A DNA stretch of 5,923 nt from Paraspadella gotoi (Eukaryota; Animalia; Chaetognatha): assembly GCA_051294375.1 (NCBI GenBank), contig JBJCIZ010000118.1, positions 1-5,923 of the forward strand, read 5' to 3'. A model generated the notes under the pieces. The model did no database searches. It worked only from the letters and a program-made list of their open reading frames with translations, and was not told the DNA's origin. Made by a program: the position numbers and the translations under genes. Each line of letters starts with the position of its first letter. Positions within the stretch are counted from its first letter, which is position 1. Shown piece after piece: positions 1-5,923 of the stretch.

Positions 1-185
1 CAGCTTGTATTTATATTTGTATTTATATAAAAAAGAAAAGTGCAAATAGGTAAAAAGGTTTGTTGTTTTTTTTCATTTAAACTCATTTCCACTCGAACGA
101 TTATTACAATCTTACAAATCTTACAATTTTTCATAGTAAAAATTTTACTTGTTATTTATTAACAAAAAGATTGTTTAAAATTATT

Positions 186-1180
186 CTACCAATGAATTAC
201 ATGTCTAAAGAGAGTATTTTTATAAATAATAACAAATATAAAATTTCTAAAAGAAGGAAGCGATGTGCACTCGAAACCGAAAGCGATCCGGGCTAAAAAA
301 GTAAGGATTGCACCCGAAAACGGGAGCGGGAGGGGTCTTGGAAGCGCCGGATTGGCAGCGGCGGAAAAATCGATCGCTTCCACATCTCTGATTAAAACAG
401 GTTTCAAAACTGATCGCGAAGAAAAGGAGCTGGACCAATCACCGTCGGTGATTATCGTTTCGACCAATCAGGAGTCGCGATCCTGAAACCGGGATGGTTG
501 AGTCAGCGTCAACGTCGAGAGTGACTGGGGATAGACTGGGAATAGACTGGGGATAGTCTGGAGCTTCTGTAGTAAAGTCTGACTTTAATAGTAGACCGAT
601 CAATCAAGTCGATGTGATGTGATTCGTGTAGAGCAAAGAATGACGTTCAACATCACAGAATTCGGGAGACATGATTCGATCTCAAAACTCAGAATCAGTC
701 AAGTTTTTTAAACATAATTGACGAAAGGAATTCAATCCCTTTTTACAGAATCTTCTGTTTGAAAAATCAAACGGGATTTCTTTCTCCCCAATTGTCAACC
801 TAGGATCTTTTACAAAGCAAATAGAAAGCTAATACTATTAATAGAATTAAATCACATTAAATGCAATAAAAAAATCCCTCACTTGATCGATTCTTATTCG
901 ATTTGAAAGCGACTGCCTTATTAGGAGATGGCGGCGGCACATTTGTCAATTAGAAAAAAGACAGAACTATTTATCTGATGAGTTTGTTATGAGGGATGAC
1001 ATACGAAGTCGATATAACGAATAAAAATAGAATTAAAATAAACCTGTGAAAAAATCCCACGGACAAGAAACCTATCTTGGTGATGATGATGATCGATTGG
1101 ACTACGGCCCCAAAGATGGACATCCCTATGGAAGCAAACAATTCCGGATCTGCCCACGATAATCAGCGGAGGATAAACAT
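186..1180 (-). pseudogene. Possible disrupted or frameshifted spliced gene of unknown function
   Basis: GC-richer blocks alternate with AT-rich spacers. Minus-strand candidate splice sites: acceptor at 1181-1182, donor CAG|GTTTAT at 1043, and a 76-nt candidate intron 882-807 (GTGAGG...AAAAG). Splicing it joins NVPPPSPNKAVAFKSNKNRS in frame to NPRLTIGEKEIPFDFSNRRFCKKG. No uninterrupted ORF can be built and no family was recognised. Confidence 0.3.
523..561. repeat. 11-bp tandem repeat GACTGGG(G/A)ATA, about 3.5 copies
   Basis: gactggggata gactgggaata gactggggata gtctgg read directly. Confidence 0.85.
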
Positions 1181-1275
1181 CTGATCATTATAATTAATTT
1201 ATTCAAATTTATTTATTCAAATTGTCAAAATAAATTCTTGTCGGTCGAGAGAAGTCGGTCAAGTCGGCCTCACGA

Positions 1276-1285
1276 GTCACGTGAC
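1276..1285. promoter_or_regulatory. Perfect palindromic E-box GTCACGTGAC (USF/MiT-TFE CLEAR-type bHLH-ZIP site)
   Basis: Exact 10-bp palindrome in a short CpG-rich patch (1240-1295) flanked by AT-rich DNA, just 5' of the putative minus-strand gene. Function is inferred only. Confidence 0.35.
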
Positions 1286-1643
1286 CGAGTGGAGCAAGAA
1301 TTTGATTGCTGAAAGTATTAAGGCGGCGGAAGAAAGTCTGAAGAAAAGAAGAAATTGATGGTTGATTGTTTGAATCGATTTAACAATCAATGCATCCATT
1401 ATTATTTATATAATAAATAGGATCCGTCACGGTCAATCTGTCAATGAGGTACTTTAAATACGAACGAATTTGTAATATCGGCGTAAAGAAAGCTCTAAAA
1501 ATATACCTACCTGGTGACAATATTAAACCACGCCGCTAAAAAAGCGCTGCCATTTGCCAAAACCAGTAGTTATTCATTGTGTTTAAAAGTTAGTTGGTAG
1601 AAAATACCCAAGTCATTTATATGTATCAATTCTATATTGATAT

Positions 1644-2172
1644 TTTCATGTCTTTCTATTTCTTATCTTTCTATGTCTTTTATTTCTTTCCATGTCTTTC
1701 TATTCCTTTCCATTTCTTTTATTCTTTCCATGTCTTTTTATTTTTATTTTCATGTCTTTCTATTCCTTGTCTTTCTTTTTATTCTTTCAAATTTCTTTCC
1801 ATTTCTTTTCATGTCTTTCCATTCCTTTCCATGTCTTTCCATTCATTTTCATGTCTTTCCTTTCCATGTCTTTCCATTTGTCTTTCCATGTTCCTTCATC
1901 CTTTCAAGTCTATCCAATTCTTTCCATGTCTTTCTTTCCTTTCCATGTCTTTCCATTGCTTTCCATGTCTTTCCATCCTTTTCCAAGTCTTCCAATTTCG
2001 TTTCCATGTCTTCCTTTCCCTTCCTTGTTTCCATCTTTCCATGTCTGTCTTTCCTTTCATGTCTTTCCATTCCTTCATTCTTCCTTTCTTTCCATGTCTT
2101 TCCATTGCTTTTCCATGTCTTTCCATTGTCTTTCCAAGTCTTTCCAATTTCTTTCCATTCTTTCCTATTTCT
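1644..2172. repeat. Degenerate pyrimidine-rich simple satellite, ~10-bp core CATGTCTTTC interleaved with TTTCC/CCATT variants
   Basis: Many recurrences of ttccatgtctttcc; the + strand is overwhelmingly C/T. It accounts for five overlapping low-complexity ORFs. Confidence 0.92.
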
Positions 2173-2493
2173 TGCGTGTTCATCGTCCCATCCGACCTCA
2201 AAAAAAAATATCAGATGCGTCGATCGCTAAACCGATGCGTCTTTTCTACGCTGCATCTCAACTAAAACACTTTTATTAAAAAGCGTTTTTGAATAAAATT
2301 GTATCAAATATTGCTAATAGTATTTAAATTAAATAAATTATAAATTATAAATTTTATTTTATTTTTCATTTATATTATTAATTATATATTAATTATAATA
2401 TTATTAATTTATATTAATTTATATTAGATTTAAATTGATTCGATGCATCGAATTAAGATTTTCGTTTTTGTGTCCAACGAGAAAAAAATCTTA

Positions 2494-2531
2494 CTCCTCC
2501 TCCTCTTCCTCCTCCTCTTCCTCCTCCTCTT
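2494..2531. repeat. (CCTCCTCCTCTT)x3 / (CCT)n polypyrimidine microsatellite
   Basis: Read directly; lies about 135-170 bp upstream of the ATG at 2666. Confidence 0.85.
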
Positions 2532-2665
2532 AATTCCTTCAAAAAAAGTCAAAAAACAATTGTTTTATCTTCTAAAAAATCCCAAAGAAAATATTATGTA
2601 TTGATTTAAGAATAATATATATTTAAAGTTAAGTACAAGTCAAAACTTAAAAAAGAGAGAGAGAG

Positions 2666-2957
2666 ATGATGGGCGATCTCAATCTCAATCTCAATCTCAG
2701 TCCCTGTCTTAAAATCTTCGGCGTCTTTTTTCTCTTTCTTTCTCACGTGACGCCCACGACGTCGAGCAAAGGGGGCGCCACCGCCGCCTCCTTCGCCGCA
2801 TCCGCCGCCGTCTCCTCCACCGCCGCCGTCAAGACTGCCTCACCACCGCCACATTTTCTCGGATTCAAATTTGGGCGCCAAAAAAAATCGCGGTTTTTGA
2901 CTCAAAAATCAGAATCTGAATTTGAAGGAAAAATCATGAATCAACAAAAAACGAAAG
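2666..2957 (+). CDS. Exon 1 of a predicted secreted protein (signal-peptide-like LKIFGVFFLFLSHV, then an Ala/Ser/Thr/Pro-rich segment)
   Basis: GC-rich open frame from ATG 2666 that ends at AAG|GTTGGA, where composition switches to nearly pure AT. It splices in frame (phase 1, G+AC=Asp) to exon 2. Confidence 0.7.
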
Positions 2958-3059
2958 GTTGGAGTTAATTTAATTAATTAATTACTTAATTATTCGTACT
3001 AAATTAAATTTTAAATCTAATGTTTTTTTTTTACTATTTTTACTATTTTGTCTTTTTAG
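2958..3059 (+). other. GT-AG spliceosomal intron 1 (102 nt)
   Basis: GT at 2958, very AT-rich body, CTAAT branch-like site at 3017-3021, long T-rich tract ending TTTTTAG at 3059; removal preserves the frame. Confidence 0.75.
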
Positions 3060-3215
3060 ACGAACGACGGAAAATCTTTTCTCAACTCATAAGCATGACA
3101 CCGATGCCGCAGTCAATGCAGCAATCAATGCCACAATCGATGCTGCAATCGATGCCGCAATCGATGCCCGAAGAGGCATACCACACCAGTCCCCTCTCTT
3201 CCCTCACAAACTGCA
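3060..3215 (+). CDS. Exon 2 (DERRKIFSQLISMTP-[MPQS-like]x5-MPEEAYHTSPLSSLTNC)
   Basis: 156 nt, phase 1 to phase 1, same frame as ORF 3020..3226, bounded by TTTTTAG and GTAATA. Confidence 0.72.
3104..3169 (+). repeat. 12-bp coding tandem repeat ATGCCGCAATCG x5.5 encoding M(P/Q/L)QS
   Basis: Units show synonymous variation (CAG/CAA, TCA/TCG, CCG/CCA) and no indels, consistent with coding constraint. Confidence 0.85.
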
Positions 3216-3285
3216 GTAATAATTAATTTTTTTAACAATAATCAATATTAATTTAACAACATTTAAACAAAGAGAACTTTTCCAG
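3216..3285 (+). other. GT-AG spliceosomal intron 2 (70 nt)
   Basis: GTAATA donor, AT-rich body and TTTTCCAG acceptor; removal gives an open, Cys-containing exon 3. Confidence 0.65.
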
Positions 3286-3392
3286 ATTCATCTCTCCCCG
3301 ACGTGACTGATTGCGCGTTTTATTTTTCTTGTTCCAAAGATCGAATCTGGTGTGGACAAAGGTTTAACTTCGATGTCAGAAAGAAAAGGTAA
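3286..3392 (+). CDS. Exon 3, Cys-motif segment NSSLPDVTDCAFYFSCSKDRIWCGQRFNFDVRKKR
   Basis: Open in the spliced frame. It ends either at donor AG|GTAAGT (3388|3389) or, if unspliced, at TAA 3390-3392 (total 555 nt, 184 aa plus stop). Confidence 0.6.
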
Positions 3393-4292
3393 GTCAAAGC
3401 GATAATAGTAGACAAGGGTTTATCTTTGACGTCAGAAAGAAAGGTAGTCAAAGGGACAATAGTTGTCAAGGGTTTAACGTTGACGTTCAGAAGAAAAGGT
3501 AAGTCAAAGGGACAAGGGTGACAAAGGTTTAACATTCGACATCAGAAAGAAAAGGTAAGTTACAGGGACAAGGGTGGATAAAGGTTTAACATTTGATGTC
3601 AGAGAAGAAAAGGTAAGTCAAAGGTACAATAGTGGACAAGGGTTTATCTTTGACGTCAGAAGAAAAAAATAAGTCAAAGGGGACAATAGTAGACAAGGGT
3701 TAATCTTTGACGTCAGAAAGAAAGGTACAGTCAAAGGGACAATAGTTGTCAAGGGTTTAACGTTGACGTCAGAAAAAAAAGGTAAGTCAAAGGGACATGG
3801 GTGGACAAAGGTTTAACTTCGACATCAGAAAGAAAAGGTAAGTTACACGGACAGGGGTGGACAAAGGTTTAACCTTGATGTCAGAAAGAAAAGGTAAGTC
3901 AAAGGTACAATAGTGGACAAGGGTTTATCTTTGACGTCAGAAAGAAAAGGTAAGTCAAAGGGACAATAGTGGAGCAGGGAGTTTATCTTTGACATCAGAA
4001 GAGAAAACGTAAGTCAAAGGGACAATAGTTGTCAAAGGTTTTACTTTTGATGTCAGAAAGAAAAGTAAGTCAATGGGACTAGAGTGGACAAGGGTTTATC
4101 TTTGACATCAGAAAGAAAAGGTAAGTCAAAGGGACTAAGGGTGGACAAAGGTTTAACATTGACGTCAGAAAGAAAAGGTAAGTCAAAGGGAAAATAGTGG
4201 CAAGGGTTTAACTTTGACGTCAAAAAAGAAAAAGGTAAGTCAAAGGGACAATAGTGGACAAAGTTTATCTTGACGTCAGAAAGAAAAGAGTA
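3352..4292 (+). repeat. 56-bp minisatellite, 16 full copies plus one partial; approximate consensus GTGGACAA(A/G)GGTTTA(A/T)CTTTGACGTCAGAAAGAAAAGGTAAGTCAAAGGGACAATA
   Basis: Unit starts parsed by eye at 3352, 3408, 3462, 3518, 3574, 3632, 3689, 3745, 3801, 3857, 3913, 3969, 4028, 4084, 4141, 4197 and 4254. Units are head-to-tail with no unique spacers. Confidence 0.95.
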
Positions 4293-4470
4293 CAGTATCG
4301 GTTTTGAAGAACCTGGAAAAGTCCAGGGAGGCTGTAACTTTTTTGTAAATGCTGGAAATCAGCTTGAAAATCGAATACGGGTTTAGACCTGAGGGTGGTT
4401 TATTCCCATAAACGTTTGAGCCACTTTTAAAAAAAAATAGTGAATGGGCATTTTTTTGGCACAAAAATTA
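4293..4470. mobile_element. Possible terminus of a Tc1/mariner-type non-autonomous element; right boundary unknown
   Basis: The array is cut at TA|CAGTATCGG. A TA target and 5'-CAGT ends are typical of Tc1-like TIRs. No matching opposite TIR or transposase was seen in the window. Confidence 0.25.
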
Positions 4471-4830
4471 ATTTGCATTACTGTAAAAAAATATTGGTAG
4501 TAAATACTCTTATATTTATGGTGATATAACCGGAGGGGTTGTCCTAAACCAGTGGTAAAACAAAATGATCAAATACAGCTTTGTTAAAACTCATTTGCAT
4601 ACATGTAGCAATATTATTTTTTTATAATATTGTATTTTCCAGTCTTATGATAATTTTAAAAAAATTTTTCGAATAATAGGCTAACTGATACACCAATAAC
4701 AATACAATGAAAAAAATAGAAATATTTGTTATTCTCTTTAATCCAAAATTAATCTTTTCAACAAATATATCAAAATATGCATTGTTTCTTGAACAAATGT
4801 TTTTTTTAAAAATAGTAATTATGCAACACA

Positions 4831-5131
4831 ACTGTCCTTGGTGACTGATTTACATAATATATAATTTTTTTTTAAAAACGACTACTATATTATGAATATA
4901 ACCCTTCAAAACCTTAAAAAATACAGAAAAACACCCTTTATCAAACTTTAATAAAAAACCGTTCTCATGATATACATTATTAATAATATAGAGACATCAC
5001 GTTGTTGAAGTTAGTAGCTTTGAATAAGGAATACTGCACAGGAAGGCCGAAAAATAGATGGTGAACTATTATCAGCTTGTTAAGTTGAATAATATACCTC
5101 TTTGCTTAATTAAGGCGGACAAAGTAAAAAA
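4831..5131 (+). repeat. Left arm of long inverted repeat (~300 bp)
   Basis: Blocks such as ACGACTACTATATTATGAA, ACCCTTCAAAACCTTAAAAA, ACTGCACAGGAAGGC, ATCAGCTTGT and TAAGGCGGA recur as reverse complements, in mirrored order, at 5569-5901. Confidence 0.92.
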
Positions 5132-5568
5132 CTAAGAGTTTCTGTAATATAAATTAACGTTAGAGCATTCCCTGCTGGGATGACGAATTAAAAAAAAAAT
5201 TTAAAATTTTATATATAATAAATTAACTATAGAAGCAATTTAAAGGTTTTATCGTATTACTATTAAATCATGCAGAATTTTTTTTTTTCAAATCTAGAAT
5301 TTTTTAAAAGGCGGATTCGGTGTAGAGGATTGAAAAAATAGAATAAAAAATAATTACTACAAGAATTTTCAAATTTTATTGTTTTATTTGCTTAATTTTA
5401 ACCAAAACTATGAAAAATTGTGGTATTGACGATGTATGATTAGATAATTTAAAGAGTTTTTCCATTATTTGACCCACTTATCACAAAATATTGAAAAAAC
5501 GCATTGATACTCTTTGTGTAAGAAAACTTTTTATGGGCTATCTGAATCGGTTCTTAAAAATATAAAAA

Positions 5569-5901
5569 TTTTTTTACTTTGTTCCGCCTTATTAAGCAAG
5601 AGTACATTTATTCAATTTACAAGCTGATATAGTTGTATCTATTTTTCGCCTTCCTGTGCAGTGTGCAGTGCATTCCTTATCGAAGTTATCTATAACTTTC
5701 ACAACAATAAACCTGATGGTTCTCCTTGATATGTATTAAAGTATGAGAGATGTAATATCAATGCGAACGGTTTTTTATTTTAAAGTTTGAATTAAGGGTG
5801 TTTTCTGTATTTTTAAGGTTTTGAAGGGTTATATTTCATAATATAGTAGTCGTATTTAAAAAAAATATATGATATTTGTAATCAGTTGCACCGAGGACAG
5901 T
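5569..5901 (-). repeat. Right arm of long inverted repeat (~330 bp)
   Basis: Reverse complement of 4831-5131, about 30 bp longer, with differences dominated by indels. Confidence 0.92.
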
Positions 5902-5923
5902 CGGTTAATCTCTCTCTTTTTTT

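Larger units (their letters stand above)
4831..5901. mobile_element. Putative non-autonomous DNA transposon (MITE/foldback-like), ~1.07 kb with long terminal inverted repeats
   Basis: 4831-5131 aligns with the reverse complement of 5569-5901; the ~437-bp AT-rich spacer is non-coding and not self-complementary. No clear TSD. Confidence 0.6.

Noticed and set aside
123-137. 15-bp inverted match to 5407-5421 (ACAATTTTTCATAGT)
   Set aside because: Short, AT-rich and not extendable, so plausibly chance.
265-486. 73-aa plus-strand ORF
   Set aside because: It overlaps two minus-strand ORFs in a GC-richer block, and the local splice-like signals favour the minus strand; no homology was recognised.
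1644-2172. Telomeric repeat
   Set aside because: Internal, highly degenerate and not matching a telomere motif I recognise.
1594-2279. Five overlapping ORFs (F/S/L/C/H-rich on +, K/E/R/W-rich on -)
   Set aside because: They are open in several frames at once because the simple repeat rarely creates stop codons; the translations are pure low-complexity.
3320-3535. 71-aa minus-strand ORF
   Set aside because: It is the antisense translation of the 56-bp repeat and exon 3, with no independent support.
3352-4292. CRISPR array
   Set aside because: Units are contiguous and similar along their whole length with no unique spacers. There are no cas genes and the context is intron-containing eukaryotic DNA.
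4643-4676. Candidate exon 4 after TTTTCCAG (4635-4642)
   Set aside because: In the required phase it gives only about 11 AT-rich codons before TAA and no continuation of the Cys pattern.
4276-4831. Short minus-strand ORFs (62 aa and 69 aa)
   Set aside because: Short, AT-rich, with no recognisable motif or consistent splice context.

Overview
This is AT-rich eukaryotic DNA with spliceosomal introns; the taxon cannot be determined, and scattered ±1 indels suggest an imperfect long-read consensus. The best-supported gene is a spliced + strand model, join(2666..2957,3060..3215,3286..3388/3392). It encodes a probably secreted protein with an N-terminal hydrophobic stretch, an Ala/Ser/Thr-rich region, MPQS repeats and a Cys motif. 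The 3' end of exon 3 plus its perfect AG|GTAAGT donor is the first unit of a 56-bp minisatellite of about 16.7 copies (3352-4292). That array has a 5-unit higher-order duplication and many TGACGTCA palindromes, and it stops abruptly at a TA|CAGT junction. A 1.07-kb element with ~300-330-bp inverted arms (4831-5901) follows. Upstream lie a ~530-bp pyrimidine-rich CATGTCTTTC satellite that explains five spurious ORFs, a GTCACGTGAC E-box, and a possible disrupted minus-strand gene (186-1180). I found no CRISPR array, RNA gene or prokaryotic operon.
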